A stretch of 64,000 bases of DNA from a virus (lineage: Duplodnaviria; Caudoviricetes), in IMG/VR virus record IMGVR_UViG_3300042318_001133, positions 1-64,000 of that record, one strand, 5' to 3'. The position numbers and the translations under genes are program-made. Below, one piece after another: positions 36,145 through 46,709 of this stretch (position 1 is the stretch's first letter; each line of letters begins with the position of its first letter). A model generated the notes under the pieces. It was not told the DNA's origin. It saw nothing but the letters and a program-made list of their open reading frames with translations, and made no database searches.

Positions 36145-37929
36145 CTATGACCTCCAATAGTATCTTGTCTCATTGTAACGACTCAAGTCTGCCTCCTTAT
36201 CTCCAGTCAATGTACTGTTTGTTGGTATTGCATTGAATGTTGAATTGTATGGGATAAAATAATATCGCAACATATCTTCAATTTGCTGTTGCGTGTACTC
36301 GTTATTGTTATTGTGTAGCCAGATATTAATCCACCTATTCAGATTCAAAAAAGATGTACCATAGGGCGTCTTTAATGGACGCATTGCAAAGTCTGTGATT
36401 CGTATTTCGCCAACGTTTCCGGTATCGCAAAGTAGTGTAGGGAAACAGTGACACGCTCCAGGATAATATGTAAAGTTTGCGGGACCGTTGATTAGATTTT
36501 GACCCAGATTGATATTCAGCATTTTTTGCTGAGAAATCATCGACTGAGTATATAGTCCAAATACAATTCCGCGAACTAAATACCATCTACCATGCTCAGT
36601 AAAATCATTAACTTGGGCTTCAAATAAGAAGTTGTTTAATGTAGATCCAGAGCTTATGTTTCCATCTGCTTTTAACATTTGCAAGGGACCTATACCGCTC
36701 TCTGTATATGAATAGAATGAAAAATCTAATTTAGGTGCACCTGAGACTGCTTTTATCATGAAAGTGATCTCATAATCCATGCACGGATCGTAAACGATTC
36801 CTAACGGTGCATTTGCCGGCGAAACAACAGCTCCCGCTGCAGCTAAACCAATACCAGACTTTACTCCCGCTCCGGTATTTTGAATTCGAATTGCAGATAT
36901 TGCCTTACCGCCATTGTCGGTATCTGAAATTACAGCCAAATGACTTGATTGTACTGTAGGACATTCCGTCAAATCAATAGGAATAGGTAAATCCGCTAAT
37001 AAGCCCGACTTTCGAAAGTATCCCTTATTGACGTTTGCATGACTATGTAATCCGGTAAATAGAGGACTGCAACTATTAACGTTCCATCCTGCATTTTGAG
37101 ATTCTGTTAAGCTGAATATAAATTCATCACACACACGATGACATATCATTCGCAAAACCTCTCCATCGACCTCTTTTATTCGACCTCCACTTAGAGTGGT
37201 GCCCTTTTCAATCACCATCAACTGCAAACCTCTTTGTCTCATTTCATCCCAAAAGTGATTCAACAAATGAAGCAGATCTAAATGCTCAGTATCTGTGCAA
37301 TTAAACATTCCTCTATTGCGTAGATATTTATGTAATAGGAAGTCGTTATTTTGAAAAGTCTCAAAAGTTCGAGCATATTTCACAAACAATGAAAAGTAGC
37401 AAGAAATAGTTCTCCAGAAATCTAAATAATCTCTGTCAGATGAGTTGAGATTAGACATAGAACCTCTCGTAATGTATTGAGGAACTATTCCCGACTGATA
37501 GAGCTTTTCAAGGACATTTAAACACCAAGTCATTACTTCAATATCTAAACAATTAAAGAATTGATTAAATACACTTGCCTCATATGCAGGACCACATTCG
37601 TGAGGTTGTTGTGTTGCTCCTAAAGTAACGCTATCAAATTGCAAATCTCCATTGGGATCTCCGACACGAGTATATCGATACTCAACCATAAAAACACTCG
37701 TAGGGTCAACTACAACCGCTTGAACATTGAGTAGCGTTAATGGCGCCCACGTACTCCAATTAATTCCATCGATTGAATATCGAAAGGTTTTATCGAAATA
37801 TCGCGTAACAGTTTCTCCAACTACTGCATCTGTAAAATCGGTAAGTGCCAATAGTCCTACTATTGGCACATCCGCTTTAATGGAAATTACGTCACCTACT
37901 TCCGTAGATATATTGGCAACTATCGCCAT
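36145..37929 (-). CDS. Baseplate wedge/fibre-attachment protein
   Basis: 594 aa, located between fibre genes downstream of baseplate J; assignment mainly from synteny. Confidence 0.6.
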   Translation of the reverse strand: MAIVANISTEVGDVISIKADVPIVGLLALTDFTDAVVGETVTRYFDKTFRYSIDGINWSTWAPLTLLNVQAVVVDPTSVFMVEYRYTRVGDPNGDLQFDSVTLGATQQPHECGPAYEASVFNQFFNCLDIEVMTWCLNVLEKLYQSGIVPQYITRGSMSNLNSSDRDYLDFWRTISCYFSLFVKYARTFETFQNNDFLLHKYLRNRGMFNCTDTEHLDLLHLLNHFWDEMRQRGLQLMVIEKGTTLSGGRIKEVDGEVLRMICHRVCDEFIFSLTESQNAGWNVNSCSPLFTGLHSHANVNKGYFRKSGLLADLPIPIDLTECPTVQSSHLAVISDTDNGGKAISAIRIQNTGAGVKSGIGLAAAGAVVSPANAPLGIVYDPCMDYEITFMIKAVSGAPKLDFSFYSYTESGIGPLQMLKADGNISSGSTLNNFLFEAQVNDFTEHGRWYLVRGIVFGLYTQSMISQQKMLNINLGQNLINGPANFTYYPGACHCFPTLLCDTGNVGEIRITDFAMRPLKTPYGTSFLNLNRWINIWLHNNNNEYTQQQIEDMLRYYFIPYNSTFNAIPTNSTLTGDKEADLSRYNETRYYWRS

Positions 37930-37938
37930 ATCGAGTTT

Positions 37939-38439
37939 TTATTTTAAAATTTCATACTCAAGCAATATTGCTATTGCATCTCCACCGATTTGAGTAGATG
38001 GATCTTCCAAGATTTGCTCTAATGTCAAAGTCTCGTAACTTTCAGATTTCTCACTCGTTAATTTAACTTTCACTTTTCGGTTCAAGTCTTCTTGATGAAG
38101 AGCGATCTCAACTTCGCGATCATTTAACTCAGTCAATGCATCGAAGAATTCTTTCTCTTCTTCTTCACTACCGTATTCAAACCACTCATAAGGAACGACC
38201 TGCATTTTCGGTAAAAATTCAACGAATTGTTCTTTTATAACATTTTCACCCTTATCGTCAACCAACACACTCTTTTTATGAAGAGCATCTTTCTCTTCAG
38301 TGTAAGCCTCATATTGAGGTTCGATCGATTTTAAGTTTCTTGCGATTGTAAACTTCATCGGCAACGTTAAAGTTGCTAAGTGTTTTAATACTGCAAATAA
38401 TCCTGTCAATTTTTTGTTACTGATACTAACGTGTTTCAT
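37939..38439 (-). CDS. DUF1617-like helical protein (fibre-associated)
   Basis: LPMKFTIARNLKSIEPQYEAYTEEKDALHKK resembles the small helical proteins that often follow phage fibre genes. Confidence 0.5.
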   Translation of the reverse strand: MKHVSISNKKLTGLFAVLKHLATLTLPMKFTIARNLKSIEPQYEAYTEEKDALHKKSVLVDDKGENVIKEQFVEFLPKMQVVPYEWFEYGSEEEEKEFFDALTELNDREVEIALHQEDLNRKVKVKLTSEKSESYETLTLEQILEDPSTQIGGDAIAILLEYEILK

Positions 38440-38519
38440 TTTTACTGTTTTTTATTTAACGATTTATAATTGATCTAAAATTCACAATCTTCTCTGTAAA
38501 TCAAACAAGAAAGACCTAA

Positions 38520-39656
38520 TTAAAATATATTCACCTCTTTCGATAATACCGCCCTCGCATTTACTTGGCATTGAAAATTCAATTTCAAGACAGTATCGTT
38601 TCTTGCTGGAGGAGCATATGCAATTCCATTTGAATAAAGAACAGCACTCGACCATTTTGCAGATCCAGAAAAAGATCCAAATTCTTCAACTGTACCATAA
38701 GTTGGATTGATTTTTAGTATCGTCGTAGCTGTATGTGGAATTCCATAAATACATCCATCTGGACCTAAGAAACCACCCCTCCATTTTAATGTAGATGCAG
38801 AAACTGTACCGATACTTCTCGACGTACCATTTAACGGATCGTATTCAAGAACTGCCGTAGCAGAGCTTGGAATGAAGTAAATCTTACCGTTTGGAGCTAA
38901 AACTCCACCCTTCCAGTGTGAATTTGAACTACCTGGAGACGTAGCAACTGCTGAAGATCTGAAAGTTTTATTGACTGGATCGATGATTCCAACAGATGTT
39001 GTATTTGTAAAAGGAATGCAATAAATGAGTCCATCGGGACCAACAACTGCTGACTCATATAGCCGATTACCCGAATCTCCAAAATAACCGGTAGTGTCAT
39101 TTGCTGGATCTATCCAAGTACACTGACCTGAAGAAGCATCGCATGGAATTCCAATAATAAGTCCATCGTGTGAGCAAATTGATACGCCAAAGTAACCACT
39201 TATAGTTGGAGTAACTAACGTTGCCGTCTTTTTATATGGATCAATCTTCAGCCAATTAGAAGCGTTATCTGGTGCTGCATAAATCATTCCATTAGGAGCC
39301 AAAGCACCACCTCTCCATTTTCCGGTTGTTGCTGACAATGAACCAAAAGATACGTAAGTATCTGTAATTGGATCATATTCTTTTATGGTAGTCTCAGAAT
39401 CTGGAATGAAGTAAATCTTCCCATTTGGATGAATAACTGCATTAGAATATCCATCCGATACTGTAGACATAGCTACAGTACTTGCAATAGGATATGCTAA
39501 TCTCTCTCCACCACTTGACGTGCCATAAGCCATATCTTGTGGAGATGTAATGAGATCGAGAGTTGTCATTGGATTAGTTTGCATATCCCAACGAAAATCG
39601 CCCTGCATACTTGTTCCAGATAACACTTGAGGATATCCTGGAGTCATATCTGCCAT
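38520..39656 (-). CDS. Beta-propeller repeat protein (candidate receptor-binding component)
   Basis: About 7 repeats of W.GGVLAPNGKIY.IP..A..+L.+DP. Confidence 0.75.
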   Translation of the reverse strand: MADMTPGYPQVLSGTSMQGDFRWDMQTNPMTTLDLITSPQDMAYGTSSGGERLAYPIASTVAMSTVSDGYSNAVIHPNGKIYFIPDSETTIKEYDPITDTYVSFGSLSATTGKWRGGALAPNGMIYAAPDNASNWLKIDPYKKTATLVTPTISGYFGVSICSHDGLIIGIPCDASSGQCTWIDPANDTTGYFGDSGNRLYESAVVGPDGLIYCIPFTNTTSVGIIDPVNKTFRSSAVATSPGSSNSHWKGGVLAPNGKIYFIPSSATAVLEYDPLNGTSRSIGTVSASTLKWRGGFLGPDGCIYGIPHTATTILKINPTYGTVEEFGSFSGSAKWSSAVLYSNGIAYAPPARNDTVLKLNFQCQVNARAVLSKEVNIF

Positions 39657-39674
39657 AATCTAATTATTTATAGA

Positions 39675-40094
39675 TTAATAATCACCTCCATGTGCCGTGA
39701 AATCAACAAGATCTTGTGCACCCGCATAAACAGTTTGAACGCACTTTAAAAGTTGCCCACTTTTCAATAACAATCCTCCTGGGAATGTAATGGTACCAGA
39801 CGCTCCAACTACGGTATTTGAACGTGTAGCTGCGGCAAGTAAAACTTCAGAACGTAGACGTGGATTCGCTCCCGAAATATCGGTCACGAAAATCTTACAC
39901 GACATTGCAGATGAAGCTGCTGCGGTAGCTTGTGAATTTACAATAGTAATATAATCAACACGAGAACCATTTGATCCTGCAGTAAATAGTGTAGTTAAAA
40001 CTCCAGAACCGTCAGATGCTGTGTTTGCTGCTCCTGGTCTTGCTTGACCTACGTTTGGAACTTGTACAAAAATTGGTGTTGCTGTAACTGCCAT
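39675..40094 (-). CDS. Small beta-sandwich virion protein following the long fibre
   Basis: 139 aa, Ala/Thr/Gly-rich; TAGSNGSRV, GGLLLKSGQLL. Confidence 0.6.
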   Translation of the reverse strand: MAVTATPIFVQVPNVGQARPGAANTASDGSGVLTTLFTAGSNGSRVDYITIVNSQATAAASSAMSCKIFVTDISGANPRLRSEVLLAAATRSNTVVGASGTITFPGGLLLKSGQLLKCVQTVYAGAQDLVDFTAHGGDY

Positions 40095-40112
40095 GATTTT
40101 TTATTTTTTAGA

Positions 40113-43100
40113 TTATTTGAAATTGTTAAACATATAAATATTTGCTCCTGCAGAAGATCCACCTCCTCCACCACCTCCACCTGCAGTGACAAGTGTGTTG
40201 ATTAAGACTTTTTTGTGAAGATTCGCTGAAGCATCGTACGTAGCAACGTAATCATTTGCACCATCAGGCGTTGAATCTGTCGTCAAACTGTTTATCGTTC
40301 CCCAAGCGGCATATCCACTCGCATCCGATAAAAGGAAGTGTCCTGCAGCCTGATTTCCGTCAAGAATCTTCAATGCATAATTCGATGCTCCTCCAGATGC
40401 TTCAAATTGACCACCGATATTGACTCCCGTACCGGCCGTCGTTGAAAGACCACTAACACCTACATTGAAGTTGGTGTTGCCACCTGCCGTACCTGCAACT
40501 CCAATATTGGAAGTTCCGCTTGATACTCCTATCGACTCTCCCGTTACTCCGGTAGATTGAAATGCTGTTGTATTCGTTGCTCTAAATAATGCTCCCGATC
40601 TGTAATATGCTGCAGTCTTCAACTCCAATGCAAAGATTGGCAAACCTGACCCTCCAGATATTGTTGGAGTTGAGTCGATCATTAATGTTTGTGTATTGTG
40701 GAAAAGTTGACCACCTCCCAAAATACTCCATCTTAGATCGTTTGAAGTTCCTCCAGTTGCAGTTGTCGATATCTCCATTTTCACACCTCCAGCGCCCGCA
40801 GCAACGTGCGTTGCTGTTGCTATTACAGAAATCAATGCCTGATTTGAACCTCCAATAGTGTTATAGAATGTTGATCCGATAATGTCATTCGCTATAACTG
40901 CAGTTGTACCTGCTCTATAGCGATTAAATGTTTGGATTGGATACATTGAATCAGATATTGTCGTCGATTGAAACAATGCAGTTGTTGATGTGTTATATAT
41001 CGTAATCGTACCGTCTGAGATTCTTGTAGATGCTAAATTCGATGCACTATCTTTAATCCATATAGAATTGCTTCCTAAACTTCCAGTTGAGTATAGAATG
41101 TTTTCTACTCCACCTACTGCATCTGGCCCGTCCCATAAAGTAACTTGTCCATTTAAACCCGTTCCAGTCAATAGTCCAGAAACATCGCCAGCAGAAATAG
41201 CTGCCCATTCTGCTGTACCGTTATTATCTATTGATTTTAAGAACTTTCCAGTACCTTCAGTTCTACTATCTTGAAATTGACCTATGTAAGACTCTCCTGC
41301 ACCTGCATTTAAAGCATATACAAGGATTCCGTAATTATTTCCAGCATGTGATTCGGTAGCATATCCTACGATTGCAGTCGCTTTCTGACCACTATTCGTT
41401 CCAGCAATACCAAAAAGACCTATTTGCTGAGCTGCAAGTGAAGGGTTAGCATAAGTTCCCGCTCCACCAAACATTCCATACTGAATAGATCCGGCCACTG
41501 CACCAGTTGCCTTGCCATGAATACCTATCTGATGTATTGCTGTAGTTGAGGATGTGTTGGCTCCAAAGATCGCAGCTCCAAATGAATTTGTCGTTGCAGT
41601 TACTGATTTGATTCCATACGTATTTGTACCTCCCGCAACATTGAACATTACCTGGGTAACTAAGTTACCTACACCAACAGTCGTTCCATCGTCAACCAAT
41701 AAACTATCCCCCAAAGTCGTTGAAGTGATCCATTTAGAGACTGAATTGATAGTTCCAGATCCACCAACTGCACCTACGTCAGATGCAGATAAAACCTTCC
41801 AATCCGCCAATCCATTAACGTTGATTGCAGATAAGACTGCTCCCACTACTGCTGTCGTTGGTAATCCGTCTAAACGAACACCTCCTCCGTCAGTATAAAT
41901 TGCATAGTTTGCAGTTGCTCCACTCGCCTTAAAGTAACCTCCAACATTCAATGTACCTGCACCAGATGTTGTTGATTTAATTCCATAAAAAGTATGTCCT
42001 GCTTGATTTGTACCATCTGCAAGGAAACTGATATCTTCGTTCGCTCCTGCAGTTGAATAAGATGAGGTATTGACCAATCCTGCGAATGCAACGTTTCCAT
42101 TAGAATTGTTCATTGCCCAGTTGACCTGACCAACGTTTGTACCAGTCGCTCTCGTTCCCGTTGCTGCAAATTGAGCACCGTAACTTATAAGAGTGCTTGC
42201 ATAGGTATTGATATGAACCATCCCATACTGAACTGCACTTGTAGAGTTGATTGCAACCGTACTATCTACTGCAGATCCAAATCCTAAAACAGATCCATTG
42301 TCGCGAATAAGACTATCTCCAAGATTTGTGGTAGTCGTCCATCTCGCCAACTTACCTGCTGTTCCTGATCCAGTTAAAGATGCACCTGCAGAAGCAGCCC
42401 AATAAGCGTTTCCATCTAAATCGGAAGTAAGAACATATCCTGCAGCTTGATTTCCGTCGATGATTTTCATTGCAAAATGATCTCCAGCACCTGCATTGGC
42501 TGCTTCGATGATCAATCCATAGTTGCGTAAGGTTGTTGTAGATTTTGAACCAAAATAACCTGCTGTATTGTTTGTAGCTGCACCGCCTGCAAATCCTACA
42601 ATACCGACATTTGATCCAATTAAAGCTGCCGTCGTTGATGTGGTTGGATCGACAGGCCCCGCATAAGCGTAATGTGCAATGTTTTGTAGCGATGAATTAG
42701 TAGCTGCCGCTCTTAACCCCTCGTTAATGTTTGTATTTATTGATTCATTTACAAAATACCCAGCTCTATGTCTTGTTGTTGCACTAACATCACCTACATA
42801 TCCGTATATTGCATTAACAAAAGTTTCGTCTGTATTGGAAGATAAGAATAAGCTCGTTGCCGATGCAGCTCCTCCAATTGCAATAGATCCAGCCGTAGCG
42901 TGTTGAATGAAGGCAGAGTCGCCAACTTCTTTAGATCCAGTCCATTTTGTTAGTTTATGTAAAGTACCTCCCGTTCCTCCTTGATCTGTAACCGTACCAA
43001 GTCCAACTTCAGTCGAGAATCCAATATTTCCATTTGAATCTAATACTTTTAAATAAAGTCCGGTATTATTGTTCCCATTTTCAAGACGTAATGCGTAATT

Positions 43101-45149
43101 TGTACCGCCGTTAATTGCCTTGAAATGACCTCCGACGTTAATTCCTCCAGTTGCACCAATTGCCTCACCGTAAATCGCTGCTTTATTGCCTGACGTTCCA
43201 GTTGCGCTAACGGACAATATCTGTGTAGTTGCATTAAGGTTCGATAAAATCGATAAATATTTTGTTGAAGATAATGTTGTACCTATAGAAAGTGTCGTTC
43301 CATCATCTTGCATTTGAGATGCTGTAATCTTTGTCGGAGCTGCAGTATCCCATTTAGTAAGATAATTGTCTACACGACTTGTACCGATCAATACGTCTCC
43401 AGTTCCTGTCGCAGGAGTTGCCCAATCAGCCTTCCCGTTTGCGTCAGATGTAAGAACTTTACCTGCACCTTGATTTCCACTATCAATTAATAAAGGAAAA
43501 GATGTACCCGCACCACCATTTCTTGTTCGAATGTATATTCCGTAATTTGCAAACGCTGTTGTTTGATCTACGCGCACTCGGATACCATAATTGGTTGACG
43601 TTGAAGAAAGTGCAGTCGCCAATATTCCCGTAGAGTGTTCCGATCCAAGTAATAGATCGTCATAAGTACTACTTGCATATGTTGGTACACTTCCGTCAGA
43701 TGCAACAAAACGACCTCCAAGATTAACTAAAGAACCCTCTACTGTCGCATAAATTCCATGACTAACTGCAGCAACGCTTGTATTTAATACATTGATAGCA
43801 GTTCGAGTAGTGCTTGCGGCACCAGACAGTGCTAAATTAATGCCAATATTGTGTGTTGCAGATGCTGTATTTAATAGCGTTGTAGCGACAAGTGAAGCTC
43901 CCAATGCTGTCGAAGTTCCATCGTCTACAAATTGAGAAGATGTAATTTCATTAGCAGAAGATGTCCATTTTGTTAGGTGATTTGTTTGTTGATTGACTGA
44001 TGTAACTGTACCAAGAGATAGCGTTACGTAACCTACTCTACCTGCCGAGTCTAATATTTTTAAGAACTTATCTGTATTATCTACTCCCGCCTCTTCTAAT
44101 CGTAAAGCGTAAGCTGATCCACTTCCAGAGTTGGTTGCTTTGAAGTATCCTGCATAAAACGTACCAGCACCTACTCCATTTACGAATCCAACAACACCAT
44201 AAGCATCGAGAGTTGTGTGTTGTGCTTGTCCAATTACGCCGGCAAATCCTCCGTTTGAAAAGTTTCCAATTGACGTTTCAAACGCACTACCTAAAACAGC
44301 ATAACCTTTTGCAGTTGCTGATGTTAGGGTGCTGGACAATCCAATTGAATTAGCAACTGCACTCTGAGTAGTTAAATCGAAATGTGTTGAGTTGTTTTGA
44401 GAGGTTGCAAATGAACTCTTCCATAAATTTACTCGACCAGAACCTCCAGCCAAGTAAGATGCTCTCAAATATGCCGTAGCACTTGCAGCTATACCAAATC
44501 CAACATTAGTTCCATCGTCGAAGATCGTAGAATCACCCAACGCATTGCCGGTTGGAGCGAATCGAGCAATCTTTCCTGCAGTACCTCCAACGACATTCAT
44601 TTTATTGTTGAAGATATTCCAATCTACAGCCGAGATCCATCCTGGCGTTGTAGCATTTGCTTGAGCCATTGAAATGACTCCCGTAGATGCATTATATGCT
44701 ACTGGCGCAGTTGCTGAAATTTGCGCTCTTACGTTTGTAGCATTGAAATATTTATTTGTAGCTCCTTCTGGTAAATCGTCAGTCGTTTTCGCAGCAAAGT
44801 CTGTGTCAAATCTTCCAGCAGTGTAGTATAAATTAACGACACCCTCAGTAAGATCGTCTGTTGTTTTTGCAGTAAAATCTGCATCAAACAAAGAAGTGTT
44901 GTAGAATTTATTTGTAGAACCTACATCACTCAAATCATCTGGATCTAATACAACCGTCGGCGTAGTATATCCATTGATTGAAGATATTCCTGAACCTCCT
45001 CCTGATAATAATACCCAAGCAGACGTTACTGTATTGTAATAGTAATGTAAATGATCTGCTGTATTTAACCACAGCATAGCTTGATTTGTAGGTGCAATTG
45101 AACCTACAAACAACGCCTTTACTACTCCTAAATTTTTTGTTGTTGGCAT
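40113..45149 (-). CDS. Long modular tail fibre/tailspike
   Basis: 1678 aa, G/A/T/S-rich; TTDDL.EG..N.Y repeats; about 7 repeats of (L/V)xKW...GDS.+.DDG; recurrent NQGAGxVLTSDAxGxAxW. Confidence 0.82.
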   Translation of the reverse strand: MPTTKNLGVVKALFVGSIAPTNQAMLWLNTADHLHYYYNTVTSAWVLLSGGGSGISSINGYTTPTVVLDPDDLSDVGSTNKFYNTSLFDADFTAKTTDDLTEGVVNLYYTAGRFDTDFAAKTTDDLPEGATNKYFNATNVRAQISATAPVAYNASTGVISMAQANATTPGWISAVDWNIFNNKMNVVGGTAGKIARFAPTGNALGDSTIFDDGTNVGFGIAASATAYLRASYLAGGSGRVNLWKSSFATSQNNSTHFDLTTQSAVANSIGLSSTLTSATAKGYAVLGSAFETSIGNFSNGGFAGVIGQAQHTTLDAYGVVGFVNGVGAGTFYAGYFKATNSGSGSAYALRLEEAGVDNTDKFLKILDSAGRVGYVTLSLGTVTSVNQQTNHLTKWTSSANEITSSQFVDDGTSTALGASLVATTLLNTASATHNIGINLALSGAASTTRTAINVLNTSVAAVSHGIYATVEGSLVNLGGRFVASDGSVPTYASSTYDDLLLGSEHSTGILATALSSTSTNYGIRVRVDQTTAFANYGIYIRTRNGGAGTSFPLLIDSGNQGAGKVLTSDANGKADWATPATGTGDVLIGTSRVDNYLTKWDTAAPTKITASQMQDDGTTLSIGTTLSSTKYLSILSNLNATTQILSVSATGTSGNKAAIYGEAIGATGGINVGGHFKAINGGTNYALRLENGNNNTGLYLKVLDSNGNIGFSTEVGLGTVTDQGGTGGTLHKLTKWTGSKEVGDSAFIQHATAGSIAIGGAASATSLFLSSNTDETFVNAIYGYVGDVSATTRHRAGYFVNESINTNINEGLRAAATNSSLQNIAHYAYAGPVDPTTSTTAALIGSNVGIVGFAGGAATNNTAGYFGSKSTTTLRNYGLIIEAANAGAGDHFAMKIIDGNQAAGYVLTSDLDGNAYWAASAGASLTGSGTAGKLARWTTTTNLGDSLIRDNGSVLGFGSAVDSTVAINSTSAVQYGMVHINTYASTLISYGAQFAATGTRATGTNVGQVNWAMNNSNGNVAFAGLVNTSSYSTAGANEDISFLADGTNQAGHTFYGIKSTTSGAGTLNVGGYFKASGATANYAIYTDGGGVRLDGLPTTAVVGAVLSAINVNGLADWKVLSASDVGAVGGSGTINSVSKWITSTTLGDSLLVDDGTTVGVGNLVTQVMFNVAGGTNTYGIKSVTATTNSFGAAIFGANTSSTTAIHQIGIHGKATGAVAGSIQYGMFGGAGTYANPSLAAQQIGLFGIAGTNSGQKATAIVGYATESHAGNNYGILVYALNAGAGESYIGQFQDSRTEGTGKFLKSIDNNGTAEWAAISAGDVSGLLTGTGLNGQVTLWDGPDAVGGVENILYSTGSLGSNSIWIKDSASNLASTRISDGTITIYNTSTTALFQSTTISDSMYPIQTFNRYRAGTTAVIANDIIGSTFYNTIGGSNQALISVIATATHVAAGAGGVKMEISTTATGGTSNDLRWSILGGGQLFHNTQTLMIDSTPTISGGSGLPIFALELKTAAYYRSGALFRATNTTAFQSTGVTGESIGVSSGTSNIGVAGTAGGNTNFNVGVSGLSTTAGTGVNIGGQFEASGGASNYALKILDGNQAAGHFLLSDASGYAAWGTINSLTTDSTPDGANDYVATYDASANLHKKVLINTLVTAGGGGGGGGSSAGANIYMFNNFK
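40500..44620 (-). repeat. Protein-level dispersed repeats in the long fibre
   Basis: IARFAPTGNALGDSTIFDDGT, LTKWTSSANEITSSQFVDDGT, LTKWDTAAPTKITASQMQDDGT, LTKWTGSKEVGDS, LARWTTTTNLGDSLIRDNG, VSKWITSTTLGDSLLVDDGT; boundaries approximate. Confidence 0.7.
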
Positions 45150-45159
45150 CTCTTATTGT

Positions 45160-45480
45160 TTATATCGTTACTTGAATTTCTCCCGTTGATTGATCTATTC
45201 CATAAATGCTTGCAGGAAAGGCATTATCATAGGAAATTACGATTAATTCACCATCTCCATTAATTAAGAAATCAAGATGTGATGCACAATTGTTATGTTG
45301 GAGTCGCATAGCTAACTCCCCTTCGATGAAATTTGTATAATCTAAATTACTTGGAACGTCTACTATCAATGCAGATAGTAAGTGTCCAGTGTTTTGCGGA
45401 TCATAATACGTATGAATAGTAAGATCTGCGCCACTAACTGTAAGTGTTGTTGTTGTCGATATTTGACTACTTTCTGGCAT
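45160..45480 (-). CDS. Hypothetical baseplate/fibre-associated protein
   Basis: 106 aa between baseplate J and the long fibre. Confidence 0.65.
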   Translation of the reverse strand: MPESSQISTTTTLTVSGADLTIHTYYDPQNTGHLLSALIVDVPSNLDYTNFIEGELAMRLQHNNCASHLDFLINGDGELIVISYDNAFPASIYGIDQSTGEIQVTI

Positions 45481-45481
45481 A

Positions 45482-46681
45482 TTAAATTACAGTTAGTAGT
45501 GTATTTTGATACGAAAAGTCTGGTTGATTTGGATAATATACCGGATTTAAAGTTCCAGAGATATTTTGTAGAATATTCCCCTGTGTATCTAACATTAAAA
45601 ATCCTCTTAAACGTGGTAATTTATTAACGTCAACAATTATATCCAGACTCGGAACGAACGTCGCATCTGGAACGTATTTCACACCAGAAACTCGCTTCAC
45701 GATAGATAGCAACTCGTCCCATTCAACTTTTTGATATGGTTTCCAGTATCTAAAGTCTAAATACTTACTAATTGCATTTTGGATATTCTTACGAACATCG
45801 TCCGGATTATAATTTGCAAACAACTCAACCCTAAAGCTGACGTCAATTGGTTGCCATATAACATTTTTCAATACTACTTGAATTGACTGTGCACCCCATT
45901 GAGATAGTTCTGTCAAATTGAAATAATCTTGACCTTCATTTAGAAGTGCATCTAATTCAGTAGAATTCAAATCAATTCCATTAACCGTTGCAATTGCAAT
46001 CGTCGCTTTCCCTAATGGATCTATTCCTTGATAAAAACACTTCAATACATTTGAATTGATCTTTTGAAATACGTGAGTAATTTTCGCTAAAGTGCCAGTT
46101 GCAGCTAAATTAGCTCCATCTTTAATTCTTATACGAAAATCTTCATCACCTTCAATGTCACGACCACCAATTGCACGATATTCGTTCGTAACATATAAAT
46201 GTCCAACTGGAATAGGATCTACGGTACTGATTGTTAGCGCGTCAATGTTGACCTTTTCACCAGAATCAACGCTTCGAACCTTAACGTACTCAAATCCATT
46301 TACTCCGATAGTTACGTTTGACTCTAAATCAAACACCAATCCGTGATTTCCTGAGAATTTGTGTGTACCTGCAAGATAAATCGTTCCAGGATCTGCCACT
46401 AATCGTAAGTATGTTGAACTTTGAGCTAAACCGAAACGAGCAGCGATTCCATAATTTGACGCAACCGTATCTAAGTAAGCCCCAAAAGCACTATCTGGAA
46501 ACATATGAGACTCTACAATAGCGATATCTTTCAATGCCTTTTGACCAACTTTCGCTGCACCAAACGCAATACCACCCAAGACGCTGTTATCTGCAATCTT
46601 AGTCACTTTCGCAGTCTTATTGATTAAGATCTCGACGAAAATTTGCTTTAATTCCTCTAATGTAGATACTCGTGTTATCAT
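45482..46681 (-). CDS. Baseplate J-like wedge protein
   Basis: DSAFGAYLDTVASNYG, GGRDIEGDEDFRIRI, PIDVSFRVEL...DDVRKNIQNAISKY. Confidence 0.85.
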   Translation of the reverse strand: MITRVSTLEELKQIFVEILINKTAKVTKIADNSVLGGIAFGAAKVGQKALKDIAIVESHMFPDSAFGAYLDTVASNYGIAARFGLAQSSTYLRLVADPGTIYLAGTHKFSGNHGLVFDLESNVTIGVNGFEYVKVRSVDSGEKVNIDALTISTVDPIPVGHLYVTNEYRAIGGRDIEGDEDFRIRIKDGANLAATGTLAKITHVFQKINSNVLKCFYQGIDPLGKATIAIATVNGIDLNSTELDALLNEGQDYFNLTELSQWGAQSIQVVLKNVIWQPIDVSFRVELFANYNPDDVRKNIQNAISKYLDFRYWKPYQKVEWDELLSIVKRVSGVKYVPDATFVPSLDIIVDVNKLPRLRGFLMLDTQGNILQNISGTLNPVYYPNQPDFSYQNTLLTVI

Positions 46682-46709
46682 ATTGAGGCTAAATATCTTG
46701 ACTTTTACT

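Noticed and set aside
33587-45149. Diversity-generating retroelement targeting the fibres
   Set aside because: No reverse transcriptase and no near-identical nucleotide template/variable repeat pair was noticed in the window
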